DNA from: a virus
IMG/VR virus record: IMGVR_UViG_3300036660_000027
Coordinates: 1 to 38,741 of that record
DNA: 38,741 nucleotides
Reading direction: 5' to 3' (one strand)
Within the stretch, counting starts at the first letter, position 1. Every line of letters starts with the position of its first letter. Of the stretch, positions 1-7,929 are shown piece by piece. The position numbers and the translations under genes were made by a program. Under the pieces are notes generated by a model. The model was not told the origin of the DNA and did no database searches. It saw nothing but the letters and a program-made list of their open reading frames with translations.

Positions 1-127
1 CGGGTTCTGCGGTCATTAGAAATTTCTGGAATGCGTCTGACGTTTTGACAATCATGAAGAAATTCGGCATCAGCAAGAAAGCCGCATTGGCCTTGCGTGA
101 TGACTTCGCCGCTTTGGACCCCGCTAC
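1..127. repeat. Terminal overlap copy 1, identical to 38615..38741 (circularisation signature)
   Basis: Compared base by base with the last 127 nt of the window and found identical. It lies inside an open reading frame, so it is not an end structure in itself. Confidence 0.95.
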
Positions 128-1502
128 GGCACAGCGAAACCTGGACATATCAGGCCCTAACGCAATCGTTGCCGATGCGGGCGGTGCGACACGCGATGCC
201 TTGGATAGCGCCATCGTCGCAGGCGGTGCGGCTTCTGAGGTGGGAAAAGCTGCGGTTTATGGCCGCGCAAGTGAAGCGGGCGCAAGGCTGAATAAGGTCA
301 TGGACGCGGTTCTAGGCGTGCCCAAGGGGCTACTGAAATCCGCCAAGGATATCGCCACCCGCACCGCGCCTGCGCGCAAGGCAGCATATGACGCAGCCCA
401 CGCCACCCCTATTGATTATTCAACGGGCGCTCCGGGCAGCATCGTCATGAACACGTTGGATCGCCTTGATCCAAAGATTGTGAATGGCGCAGTCGAAAAA
501 GCGAACATGCTAATGCGCGATCAGGGCATTAAAAACCAGCAGATCATGGCCACGGTAGCCAATGATGGGTCTGTCACCTACTCCAACCCGCCAAACGTGC
601 TGCAACTGGATTACATCAAGCGGGCCCTCGGCATTATGGGCCGTGATGTTGACACGCTGGGACGCCCTACGTTTGAGGCGGGCATGGCGGGCAGGCAGGC
701 CAAGGATTTGGCCGATGCTATCAAGCAAGCCACCGGCGGCGATACTGGAACTTATGCCAAGGCTCTGAAGCTTGGGGGCGATAAAATTCAAGAGGACGCG
801 GCTTTAGATATGGGTCGCAAGTTGTTCACCGAGACTAAGGAAAGCGTTGTGTCCCTAATGAGGAACGCTGATGTTTTGGTTAGGTCGGCCGCAAAGCAAG
901 GCGTTCGGGAAAATATTGACCAAGTTCTATCGCGGGTTCGTCGGAGTGCTGACGATCCTACAGTTGATATTCCAGAAACGCGCAGAATGCTTTCCATGTT
1001 CTCAACCCCGGATTTCCGTGAGAAAATCACTGTAATCATGGGTAAGCAGAAAGCTGACACGCTGTTGCGTGAGTTGGACACGGCTGGCAAGCATTTCGGC
1101 ACTATGACGGCCATTGCCAAAGGGTCACAAACAGCCGCCAGAACTCAGCGCAACGATACCTTGAACGCACTGACTGGAGGCAATTCTATAGACAGCCTGA
1201 TGTTCTTGGACCCCACTAAAACACTGCAAACAGTCGCAAGAGCGGTGACGGGGAACACCGCAGCAGCTTCCGTTGCGCGCAAAAAAGCAATCCTAACTGA
1301 AGTGACCCGGGCGCTGACCACATTGCGCGGGCAGGATGCAAAAGACGCTCTGGAAGCAGTTCAGAAGGCCATCGCAGGCCAGCCCGTAACGGACGAGGCA
1401 ATGGCCCTTATCGGTCGGACCGTTTCGACGGCTCTGGGGGTGGCGGGTTATCAATCAGGAACCCGACCGAGGCTAGGAACGACAAATGTCCTGCAAAAAT
1501 AG
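1..1502 (+). CDS. Internal virion / DNA-ejection protein: 3' part of a junction-spanning 755-aa ORF (37849..38741 joined to 128..1502)
   Basis: Track ORF 45..1502 is in the same frame as the open frame that starts at ATG 37849 (position 45 corresponds to 38659; both are frame 1). I read no stop through the overlap. It is the last and largest gene of the ejection-protein block. Confidence 0.75.
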   Translation, partial: GSAVIRNFWNASDVLTIMKKFGISKKAALALRDDFAALDPATAQRNLDISGPNAIVADAGGATRDALDSAIVAGGAASEVGKAAVYGRASEAGARLNKVMDAVLGVPKGLLKSAKDIATRTAPARKAAYDAAHATPIDYSTGAPGSIVMNTLDRLDPKIVNGAVEKANMLMRDQGIKNQQIMATVANDGSVTYSNPPNVLQLDYIKRALGIMGRDVDTLGRPTFEAGMAGRQAKDLADAIKQATGGDTGTYAKALKLGGDKIQEDAALDMGRKLFTETKESVVSLMRNADVLVRSAAKQGVRENIDQVLSRVRRSADDPTVDIPETRRMLSMFSTPDFREKITVIMGKQKADTLLRELDTAGKHFGTMTAIAKGSQTAARTQRNDTLNALTGGNSIDSLMFLDPTKTLQTVARAVTGNTAAASVARKKAILTEVTRALTTLRGQDAKDALEAVQKAIAGQPVTDEAMALIGRTVSTALGVAGYQSGTRPRLGTTNVLQK

Positions 1503-1623
1503 GCACCATCATCCACCAGGGGAGTTCGATGACTTTAGTCATCATCCATCCATAGCTGTACATAAATACCGGACTGAGAAGCCCGCCGATGACAAACGTG
1601 ATAGCGCGGATTTTGCTTTCCAT
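1408..1623 (-). CDS. Small 2-TM membrane protein on the opposite strand (possible moron)
   Basis: Track ORF of 71 aa with two hydrophobic helices (AITFVIGGLLSPVFMYSYGWMM and LPWWMMVPIFAGHLSFLASVGFLI). It fills the 158-bp gap between + strand genes. In the 95-nt convergent overlap, third-position GC is higher in this frame than in the + gene frame (hand count). The SD is weak. Confidence 0.4.
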   Translation of the reverse strand: MESKIRAITFVIGGLLSPVFMYSYGWMMTKVIELPWWMMVPIFAGHLSFLASVGFLIDNPPPPEPSKRSDR

Positions 1624-1660
1624 TCCGGAACGATAGTACGTTCACGCGCTCAAATCAACA

Positions 1661-2446
1661 ATGGGTTCAATAATGGCTGACCAGCAATCATTCACACAAC
1701 TCCGGGCGTATGACACGAACGGCAATCCGGTTGCGGGGGCTAAGGCGTATTTCTACCTGACCGGCACGCTGACTCTTACCACGGTTTATGCTGATGAGGC
1801 GCTAACCATCCCCCACCCATCGCCGTTGGTTGCGGATGCTGGCGGCGGCTTTGCGCAGGTGTTTGCGAATGGATCGATCAAGGTAAACGTCACCACGAGC
1901 GGCGGCGGGGTTGTTCCGAACTACCCGATTGATCCATGCTGGCGGTCGGCGGGCGCTATTTCGTCGGCTGCTTCGGTTTCGTTTGCGCCGACGACGAACA
2001 TTCCCACCAGCGACGTGCAGTCGGCGATTGTATTGGTGGATACCAATTCAAGAACGCGGGATACGTCAGAGGCAGGGTTAAGGGCTGCGGCAGACGCGCT
2101 GCTTGCCCCCATTGCCAGCCCGACATTCACCGGGGTGCCTGCGGTGCCAACGGCGACGGCGGGGACTAACACCACGCAGGCGGCATCTACGGCTTTTGTG
2201 ACGGCGGCAGCCATGCCGATTGCGATAGCAGGAACAGGCGCGGGGCAGTTCTTGTATAAGTTTGTCGGGGTAAGCTCCTCCTATATACTGCCATCTGGGG
2301 GCACGTGGGCATATTTCTACATTCGCAGGTCTACATCAACATCGGGCATTACCTCTAGCGGCGGTGGTATTGCCGCTGGTGGAACGAACCTGTTTGCCAC
2401 GGGGGCTTCTGAAGATGCGCTTAGCTGGATTTGGAGGATCGTATAA
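1661..2446 (+). CDS. Tail fibre protein (short)
   Basis: 261 aa. It carries SPTFTGVPAVPTATAGTNTTQAASTAFV, a motif I recall as typical of phage tail-fibre shafts, and a Gly/Ser/Thr-rich C-terminus. The start could be ATG 1661 or 1673. Confidence 0.7.
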   Translation: MGSIMADQQSFTQLRAYDTNGNPVAGAKAYFYLTGTLTLTTVYADEALTIPHPSPLVADAGGGFAQVFANGSIKVNVTTSGGGVVPNYPIDPCWRSAGAISSAASVSFAPTTNIPTSDVQSAIVLVDTNSRTRDTSEAGLRAAADALLAPIASPTFTGVPAVPTATAGTNTTQAASTAFVTAAAMPIAIAGTGAGQFLYKFVGVSSSYILPSGGTWAYFYIRRSTSTSGITSSGGGIAAGGTNLFATGASEDALSWIWRIV

Positions 2447-2853
2447 TGGAAATTCAATATAAGCGCCCGGACGGCACTTTTGTCGTCTTGTTAAACGGCA
2501 ACCCCTACCACGTCACGCATGACGACCCGTTGTATGAGGCGGCGTCAGATTTGGGCGTAGACGCGCAGTTTGAGCCGGTTGCCCCCGAACCCGGCCCTGC
2601 CGCAGTCCTCGCAGCATGGCGCGCCAATGCCCGTTGCTCCCGCATGCAAGGCATCTTGGCCTTGGGCCAAACCCGCTGGGCGACCGTGCTGGAATACCGC
2701 GCCACCGCAACATGGTCGGAGGTTGTCGTGATTGACGACGCCCGCGATTGGTTCCGCAATTCCGAAACCATCCAGCTATTCGGCTGGCTGCTGAACCTGA
2801 CCGACACCGACATTGACGCGCTGTTCATCGCGGCGGCTGCAATCACCGCCTAA
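2446..2853 (+). CDS. Hypothetical protein downstream of tail fibre (possible fibre assembly factor)
   Basis: ATG 2446 overlaps the upstream TAA (TAATG). A GGAGGA SD sits 7 nt upstream. 135 aa. The functional guess rests on position only. Confidence 0.7.
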   Translation: MEIQYKRPDGTFVVLLNGNPYHVTHDDPLYEAASDLGVDAQFEPVAPEPGPAAVLAAWRANARCSRMQGILALGQTRWATVLEYRATATWSEVVVIDDARDWFRNSETIQLFGWLLNLTDTDIDALFIAAAAITA

Positions 2854-2873
2854 TCCCGCCCACCGCAACAGTC

Positions 2874-2908
2874 GCCCCGGCCCAACGTTGAAGCATCGGG
2901 ACCGGGGC
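2874..2908 (+). terminator. GC-rich hairpin after the tail-fibre genes (weak terminator candidate)
   Basis: GCCCCGG-CCC ... GGG-A-CCGGGGC stem with one bulge. No clear U tract follows. Confidence 0.3.
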
Positions 2909-2974
2909 TATCCACATCATCAAGGACAATGACATGGCTGAAATCGCGCTAATCCAGAATCGGCAGGCCCGTCA

Positions 2975-3208
2975 ATGATCGATGCAATTCAAGAGTTCTG
3001 GCAGATCATCGCCGCCGCTTTGGGGGCTGCGTTTTTCATCGTCCGCATGGAGTCCCGCACCGCCGAGCATGGCCGCGAATTGGCCCGCCTGCAAACGCAA
3101 CGCGACAACGATCAAGCCGACCACCAGCGCAGCCGGGATGAAACCCACGGCCTGTTGCGCGATGTGAATAGCAAGCTGGATCGGCTGATTGAGCGGATGA
3201 TCAAATGA
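2975..3208 (+). CDS. Lysis-cassette membrane protein (N-terminal TM plus coiled coil; holin/antiholin-type or DUF2730-like)
   Basis: 77 aa. One TM helix (IIAAALGAAFFIV) is followed by a charged helical region. ATGA overlap with the endolysin start. Confidence 0.7.
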   Translation: MIDAIQEFWQIIAAALGAAFFIVRMESRTAEHGRELARLQTQRDNDQADHQRSRDETHGLLRDVNSKLDRLIERMIK

Positions 3209-3915
3209 GGCAGGATATGAAAACATCACCGCAGGGCATCGCGGCGCTGATCGGGCATGAAGGCATCGTGCCGGGGCCGTATCTCGATAGCGTGGGCGTC
3301 TGGACGGTTTTCGTCGGTCACACAGCCGCAGCGGGCGCACCCGATCCAGCCACCATGCCACGCGGAACGCCTGCCGATGTGGATGGCGCAATCGTCCAGG
3401 CATTGCGGCAATTCGCGGTGGACCTTGGGCGATATGAGGCGGACGTGTTGCGCGCCGTCAAGGTGCCGATGCAACAGCACGAGTTCGACGCGCTGGTGTC
3501 GTTTCATTTCAACACCGGGGCTATCAGTCGGGCGCAGATCATCAAGCGCCTCAACGCCGGATATCGGCTCAAGGCGGGCGCTGCGTTCATGGGCTGGAAG
3601 AAGCCCGCGTCCATCATCGATCGGCGCACGGCGGAACAACTGCTGTTCACGCGCGGTATCTACCCAACGGGCAAGCTGACCGTCTGGGGCGTCAGCAACA
3701 CGGGCCGGGTGATCTGGACCCCGCTGAAACGGATCACGGCGGGTGAGGCGATTGCGATGATGGCAACGGGATTTGTGGATCAAGAAACAATCAAACAAAA
3801 TACCGTTTTAAAACAAGATGTTACACTGACCTTACGGGATAATCCCGTAACCCATCAAGAAAAACCCTCATTCATCGCCCGCTTGATCGCGTGGCTATTC
3901 GGCAAAGGAGCCTGA
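3205..3915 (+). CDS. Endolysin, GH24 (T4/lambda-type) lysozyme
   Basis: 236 aa. E-x8-D-x5-T catalytic context (HEGIVPGPYLDSVGVWTVFVGHT) and a FDALVSFHFNTG motif. It has an extra AT-richer C-terminal tail ending in an amphipathic FIARLIAWLFGKG. The start could also be ATG 3217. Confidence 0.9.
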   Translation: MRQDMKTSPQGIAALIGHEGIVPGPYLDSVGVWTVFVGHTAAAGAPDPATMPRGTPADVDGAIVQALRQFAVDLGRYEADVLRAVKVPMQQHEFDALVSFHFNTGAISRAQIIKRLNAGYRLKAGAAFMGWKKPASIIDRRTAEQLLFTRGIYPTGKLTVWGVSNTGRVIWTPLKRITAGEAIAMMATGFVDQETIKQNTVLKQDVTLTLRDNPVTHQEKPSFIARLIAWLFGKGA

Positions 3916-3917
3916 CC

Positions 3918-4142
3918 ATGAACGGCTTAACCAAAACCCGCGCCATCGCATACTCCACGGCATTCGTCGTCGGCATTGCTGGCCTGTTGGCGCTGATGGG
4001 GGTCGCTGACTATGACCCTAGATCCGGCATGGTCGATTTGCACCCGATCAGCGTCTACGCGGTGGCTGGGCTGATTGCCCCGGTGTTCTCGGCGGCACTG
4101 GCGTTTGTGGCGATTGTGAAGGGCTGGGGGGCGGGCAAATGA
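3918..4142 (+). CDS. Holin candidate (2 TM)
   Basis: ATG 3918 with an AAGGAG SD 7 nt upstream. 74 aa with two hydrophobic helices (AYSTAFVVGIAGLLALMGV and VYAVAGLIAPVFSAALAFVAIV). Lies directly after the endolysin. Confidence 0.7.
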   Translation: MNGLTKTRAIAYSTAFVVGIAGLLALMGVADYDPRSGMVDLHPISVYAVAGLIAPVFSAALAFVAIVKGWGAGK

Positions 4143-4327
4143 GCGAGATTAAAACAGCCCCGGTTCTCAGCCATGACGCAAACGGCGATGAGGTTTGGTC
4201 TTTCCATGCTCATCATACGATAGCCGACATTGCGCGATGGATTGGGCGAAATCGTGGGGATGCAGATGATCTAATCACGATCCTGCAAAGCCAATTAAAC
4301 GGCACAGAAGGGGCGGTGATGCAATGA
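4139..4327 (+). CDS. Hypothetical small protein within the lysis cassette
   Basis: Track ORF of 62 aa with ATGA-type overlaps on both sides. Confidence 0.6.
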   Translation: MSEIKTAPVLSHDANGDEVWSFHAHHTIADIARWIGRNRGDADDLITILQSQLNGTEGAVMQ

Positions 4328-4533
4328 CAGACGCAGAGATCAAGCAGATGGTTAGCCGGTTCCTTGCGTGGAAACTGCCGCCAGACTTTTCTCCGGATGC
4401 GGGCATAACGTTCAAGGCTGAGTTCAACGAGAACACCGCTTGGCCTATGCGCCACGAGCCGAGCGGAACGAACCTGCTAAACTTTCCACAGGCAGAGGCC
4501 ATGATCCGGCACATCTTGGGCATCGCAGAATGA
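4324..4533 (+). CDS. Hypothetical small protein within the lysis cassette
   Basis: Track ORF of 69 aa. Start and stop overlap the neighbouring genes. I recall the FLAWKLPPDFSPDAGI pattern from other alphaproteobacterial prophages, without searching. Confidence 0.65.
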   Translation: MTDAEIKQMVSRFLAWKLPPDFSPDAGITFKAEFNENTAWPMRHEPSGTNLLNFPQAEAMIRHILGIAE

Positions 4534-4754
4534 CCGCGTGGCTTATCGCGCAGGCTTGGCCCTACCTGATCGGGCTGGTGGCGCTGGTGGGGCTGTATCT
4601 GCGGGGCAAGCATGACGGCAGGGCCGCAGAGGGGCGCGAAACCCTGCAACGATATGCGAGAGAAAGGCAGGCAATAGATGAAGCTGACTTGGGTATGGGG
4701 GCTACTGATGCTGATCGGATTGCCCGGTTGCGTCAATTCGCAGAGAAGTCCTGA
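4530..4754 (+). CDS. Inner-membrane spanin (i-spanin, Rz-like)
   Basis: ATG 4530 overlaps the upstream TGA (ATGA). 74 aa. An N-terminal TM (LIAQAWPYLIGLVALVGLYL) is followed by a charged periplasmic helix. The lipoprotein ORF is embedded at its 3' end. Confidence 0.8.
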   Translation: MTAWLIAQAWPYLIGLVALVGLYLRGKHDGRAAEGRETLQRYARERQAIDEADLGMGATDADRIARLRQFAEKS

Positions 4755-4884
4755 TGCGCTTGCCGATGCGCTGGACGCGCCCTTGCGGCGGTGTGCGGGG
4801 GCATTGGCGGGCGAGGATATGCCAACCGCACGGCGGGACTGTCTGCCCGTGGTCGCGATCTATCAGGCGGCAACGGGGAAATAG
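4678..4884 (+). CDS. Outer-membrane spanin (o-spanin, Rz1-like lipoprotein)
   Basis: 68 aa with signal peptide and lipobox LLMLIGLPGC. It starts out of frame inside the i-spanin gene (77-nt overlap), the classic overlapped spanin architecture. Confidence 0.8.
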   Translation: MKLTWVWGLLMLIGLPGCVNSQRSPDALADALDAPLRRCAGALAGEDMPTARRDCLPVVAIYQAATGK

Positions 4885-4973
4885 TTAACACGTCCCGCGC
4901 GTCATGTTAGCTTTTCGGCGGTTTGCTGACATGGGCCTTGCCATCCCCGCTGAATGTTCGCTATCCGTTCCAA

Positions 4974-5180
4974 ATGTGGACACATCGAGCAACGGTGATA
5001 GGCGGGCAAACCGCCCCCGGCGATAGGCAAGTGCTGCGTGATGGCGTGCCTGTCGGGCGGGTTTATTTCGGCAGCAACTACATTCCGCCGATGCAATGGC
5101 GCTGGTTTTGCGGATCACAGCACGGCTCGGCAGAAACGATGGCTGACGCGCTGGAATGCGTGAGGCGGGCGGCAGAGTAA
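4974..5180 (+). CDS. Hypothetical small protein next to attP
   Basis: The track ORF 4923..5180 starts at TTG; ATG 4974 gives 68 aa. Codon third positions are GC-rich and a hairpin follows. The VLRDGVPVGRVYF...WRWF pattern resembles small prophage-end proteins I recall from alphaproteobacteria. Confidence 0.5.
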   Translation: MWTHRATVIGGQTAPGDRQVLRDGVPVGRVYFGSNYIPPMQWRWFCGSQHGSAETMADALECVRRAAE

Positions 5181-5433
5181 TTATCCCGCACGGCTTAGGC
5201 CCTCGCTGTAACAGGCGGGGGCTTTCGCGTTTCAGGCGTGGCGAATCGCCTAGTGTGTCCATCGGCCTATAAATGATGGACACTTTGATTGATTTCATTG
5301 GATAATTTAGAACGGTGGTAGGTCCGGAGGGAATAGCACAATCAGAAATTATCGTTGGAAAACCGCCTGATTGTGTCCATCGCGCTGGCTTTTGCGCACT
5401 ATATGAATCAATGGGTTAGCTTAGGTGTGTCCA
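5181..5433. other. Candidate attP region with repeated GTGTCCATC arm-type sites
   Basis: This is the noncoding stretch adjacent to int. GTGTCCATC occurs at 5255-5263, 5373-5381 and 5427-5435, and inverted at 5275-5283. There is also a 9-bp inverted repeat CACAATCAG/CTGATTGTG at 5337-5345 / 5367-5375. Confidence 0.6.
5199..5231 (+). terminator. Rho-independent terminator candidate
   Basis: GCCCTCGC / GCGGGGGC stem (one G-U pair) with a 7-nt loop, followed by CTTTCGCGTTT. Confidence 0.45.
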
Positions 5434-6507
5434 TCACCACTCCATCGCAGAAAGCATCTGCATTGCCTCATTTGCCAGTTTAGCCCGATCAACGCCGCGG
5501 GTGTAAATCTCGCTCGTCTTGGCTTGGGTGTGGCCGTGAACTGCCATGATGTGATACTGGCTGGCACCCTCTAGTGCGATCAATTCCCCCGCGGCCTTTC
5601 GGATGCCGTGCGGGCTGCGGTCGGTCAATCCAGCCTGATCAACCCACACGCGAAACTTGTTGCCAAAAGCCGCACCGCTGGCGAATGGCTTGCCATGGCC
5701 TGACAAAAGATAAGTTGGGCCAATCACCTTCTGTGCCGCAATCGCCCGCGCCAATGGGGGCATGATCGGAACAGATACCGCGGCAGACCCACGCTTGCCC
5801 GGTTGCCACTCCAAAAACATCATTCCATCGCGCTTTGCCTCATTGCCGCGGCCCATGCCGATCACGTCATCTAGGCGGCAGGCCGTGAACATAAACAGCG
5901 TCAAGGCTAAGTGCGGCACTGTCCCGAGCGGGTGCCTACCGCGGAACGCCTTCAACTCGTCAACTGTCCAAGGCGTAGCCCCGGTGCCGCGGTTGATCGA
6001 GCCTATGCTTGTGGCAGGGTTTTCAGTGGCAAGCCCGCGGTCTATCGCCCAAGCGTAAAGCGCGCGAACCGACTTGATCATGTTATCCGCTGCCCCCGGC
6101 GTTGCGGTCATGCTATCGCGGAACTCAATCAGCTTATGCCGCGGCATGGCTAAATCCTTGTCGCCATATTCAGCCCGCAAGCGCGCATAGAATTGGTCGC
6201 GCTGGTGTGCCGTCCTGCGATCCATCAGCCCCGCGGCAACACGCGCCTGCATGTGGTCCGCAAACTGATAAGTGAGCCAGCCTAGGCTTTGCTCTATGGC
6301 CTTCTCTGGGGCTTCCTGCGGCTTCTCCATGCGGACCCCGGCGCGGGCGGCGCGGTAGTGTTCCATAAACGCCGGGTGATCTGGACCGATGCAAAGCGCA
6401 ATCCGCTTTGCCTTATCCTTCTCGGTGCGGACACGATAGAAAACCGCACCTGCCCGCGTGCGCTCAATCAGCAATCCGGGCAGGTCGATCTTCAACGGCT
6501 TCACCAT
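5434..6507 (-). CDS. int: Tyrosine recombinase / phage integrase
   Basis: 357 aa. C-terminal catalytic signature: TACRLDDV (Arg), HGIRKAAG (H-x-x-R) and HGHTQAKTSEIYTR (His...Tyr). It is the last gene of the leftward operon, next to attP. Confidence 0.93.
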   Translation of the reverse strand: MVKPLKIDLPGLLIERTRAGAVFYRVRTEKDKAKRIALCIGPDHPAFMEHYRAARAGVRMEKPQEAPEKAIEQSLGWLTYQFADHMQARVAAGLMDRRTAHQRDQFYARLRAEYGDKDLAMPRHKLIEFRDSMTATPGAADNMIKSVRALYAWAIDRGLATENPATSIGSINRGTGATPWTVDELKAFRGRHPLGTVPHLALTLFMFTACRLDDVIGMGRGNEAKRDGMMFLEWQPGKRGSAAVSVPIMPPLARAIAAQKVIGPTYLLSGHGKPFASGAAFGNKFRVWVDQAGLTDRSPHGIRKAAGELIALEGASQYHIMAVHGHTQAKTSEIYTRGVDRAKLANEAMQMLSAMEW

Positions 6508-6689
6508 GCTTGCGGCTTCCTGTCTTCAGCTTTGGGCGCAGTTTCAGCTTTTGACAAGATCCGGATGCGACCGCCTTCGATCACGATTTCCCCGAATTGC
6601 AGCCCGGACTCTACCGCGGCCCTGAACGTGCGAGATAAAGCAGCTTGGGTTTGCCGTTTCCGCGGCGATTTGTCAGGTTCCGGTGTCAT
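6501..6689 (-). CDS. Small basic protein upstream of int (candidate excision directionality factor, by position only)
   Basis: An internal ATG at 6689 overlaps the upstream stop (ATGA). 62 aa, overlapping the int start by 7 nt. I recognised no HTH. Confidence 0.5.
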   Translation of the reverse strand: MTPEPDKSPRKRQTQAALSRTFRAAVESGLQFGEIVIEGGRIRILSKAETAPKAEDRKPQAW

Positions 6690-6901
6690 GGCGTCTCCTG
6701 CGGTGTTGGGGGCGGGGGAAGGGGCATCCAGTGGGTTGGCCAGCGCGGCAATTCCGCTGGCGTTAGAAGCCCGTGTTGCCGCAACTGACCACGGAAATTG
6801 AAGGACAAGTTGCACATGCGACGCCCCCCGAATGTGCTGGGCACCCAAGCATCAAACCTAGTGCCATCTCTCGGCGCGGTGGAGATCGGTTGCCATTCCA
6901 T
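6686..6901 (-). CDS. DUF551-like protein
   Basis: MEWQPISTAPRDGT ... WPTHWMPLPPPP matches the DUF551 pattern as I recall it. The ATG overlaps the upstream stop by 1 nt. Confidence 0.65.
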   Translation of the reverse strand: MEWQPISTAPRDGTRFDAWVPSTFGGRRMCNLSFNFRGQLRQHGLLTPAELPRWPTHWMPLPPPPTPQETP

Positions 6902-7245
6902 CACCGCCCCTCCGTGTCTGCGATCAGGGCGCGGATGATAGCGATCAGCCATGCGCGGGCAGGGTCATAAGATACCGCAGCGAAGCCATCACCCGCCAAC
7001 TTAGCATCCCACTTTGCTACATAGGCGGCGGGTTCAGGTTCTTCGGCATTCTGCGATATGCCGTATTCCCATCCCGGCAGCACCGCATCATGCAGCGCCT
7101 TGGCCGCGTCGAGTGAGCCGTGGTATGCGTCCATAATTTGTTGCCAGTTCTTTACCATACTATCGGGCAGACAGCTTGCAGTTAGGTGCCCCGCCTCCAC
7201 CCGTTCCAGCAGTGCGATCAGCGCGGCGGTCTGTGGGTGGGTCAT
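6901..7245 (-). CDS. Hypothetical protein
   Basis: ATG 7245 overlaps the upstream stop (ATGA). 114 aa (MTHPQTAALIALLERV...). Confidence 0.6.
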   Translation of the reverse strand: MTHPQTAALIALLERVEAGHLTASCLPDSMVKNWQQIMDAYHGSLDAAKALHDAVLPGWEYGISQNAEEPEPAAYVAKWDAKLAGDGFAAVSYDPARAWLIAIIRALIADTEGR

Positions 7246-7436
7246 TGGGTGGCCTCGCATGTCCATGAATGCCGGATGTAAACGGAAACCCTGAACTCGT
7301 CGCCGCAGCCTGCGCACTCCATCGCATCCATGGTTTCGCTATACAGTTCAGGGTCGTCTGATGCGCTATGCATATGCGCGCAGTATGGGCAGATTGGCCC
7401 ATCAGTCGAATATGTTTCGTCTGGTTTCTCACTCAC
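7242..7436 (-). CDS. Small zinc-ribbon-like protein (CPYC ... CAGC)
   Basis: GTG 7436 overlaps the upstream TGA (GTGA). 64 aa with two CxxC pairs. The start is inferred from the coupling pattern. Confidence 0.5.
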   Translation of the reverse strand: MSEKPDETYSTDGPICPYCAHMHSASDDPELYSETMDAMECAGCGDEFRVSVYIRHSWTCEATQ

Positions 7437-7747
7437 ATCGCATCTCCTTTGCGGGCGCGAATGGCGGCGGCAATGTCGCGGCGCGCGTCGGTAACTCCAC
7501 GCCTCCACTCGTCGGTTGTGTGAACGCCTTGCGGCATAGACCAAACGCTGCACTCAAGGGCTACGCTGTCGGCGCGATCCCGTTCCGCCTCCACCGCCTT
7601 CGCCACGGCGGCTTGCACGGCGTCGTTGTGGTCTGCGAGGGTGATAAGCTGGCCGGAGCGGTAGGCTTCATATAGTACAGACATAAAGCGCACGCCTTCC
7701 AACTCAGCCAGCCGCGCGGCTAGGGCGGTATCGGGGGTGGGGGTCAT
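7433..7747 (-). CDS. Hypothetical protein
   Basis: Track ORF of 104 aa with start and stop overlaps to its neighbours. Confidence 0.65.
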   Translation of the reverse strand: MTPTPDTALAARLAELEGVRFMSVLYEAYRSGQLITLADHNDAVQAAVAKAVEAERDRADSVALECSVWSMPQGVHTTDEWRRGVTDARRDIAAAIRARKGDAM

Positions 7748-7929
7748 TTGCGGATCCTGTTCTGCTTGCGTGCGGCTTTGATCTTGCTGCGATCTTTAGT
7801 GGCTTTTACGGGTTCGGCAGTTTGCCAGCGAATGGGGCGATATGGAGTTTCCTCGATAGAGGACGAGACGAGTGTGCTAGTGACCATCGTGCCCATAGCC
7901 ATCAATCGGCGCATGTTTTTGAGGGTCAT
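7744..7929 (-). CDS. Hypothetical small basic protein
   Basis: Track ORF of 61 aa with a K/R-rich C-terminus and overlaps on both sides. Confidence 0.55.
   Translation of the reverse strand: MTLKNMRRLMAMGTMVTSTLVSSSIEETPYRPIRWQTAEPVKATKDRSKIKAARKQNRIRK

Noticed and set aside
1-127. The terminal 127-bp repeat as a biological element (DTR, LTR, IS end or att duplication).
   Set aside because: It is an exact copy lying mid-ORF. Its length equals a standard assembler k-mer, and reading through it restores a single long gene. An assembly overlap of a circular molecule is the simplest reading. Read mapping would settle it.
2908-2916. A DnaA-box-like CTATCCACA just after the hairpin at 2874-2908.
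   Set aside because: It is a single 8/9 match with no cluster. Chance occurrence is likely. It is noted only because a DnaA-domain-IV-like protein is encoded elsewhere.
2934-2978. A 14-codon mini-ORF (MAEIALIQNRQARQ) with an ATGA overlap to the first lysis gene.
   Set aside because: It is too short to support from sequence alone. It may be a leader peptide or chance.
5281-5345. A possible tRNA fragment or tRNA gene at attP (for example GGTAGGTCCGGAGGGAAT).
   Set aside because: No T-loop consensus (GGTTCGAATCC-like) and no cloverleaf could be drawn by eye. I could not support a tRNA call anywhere in the window.
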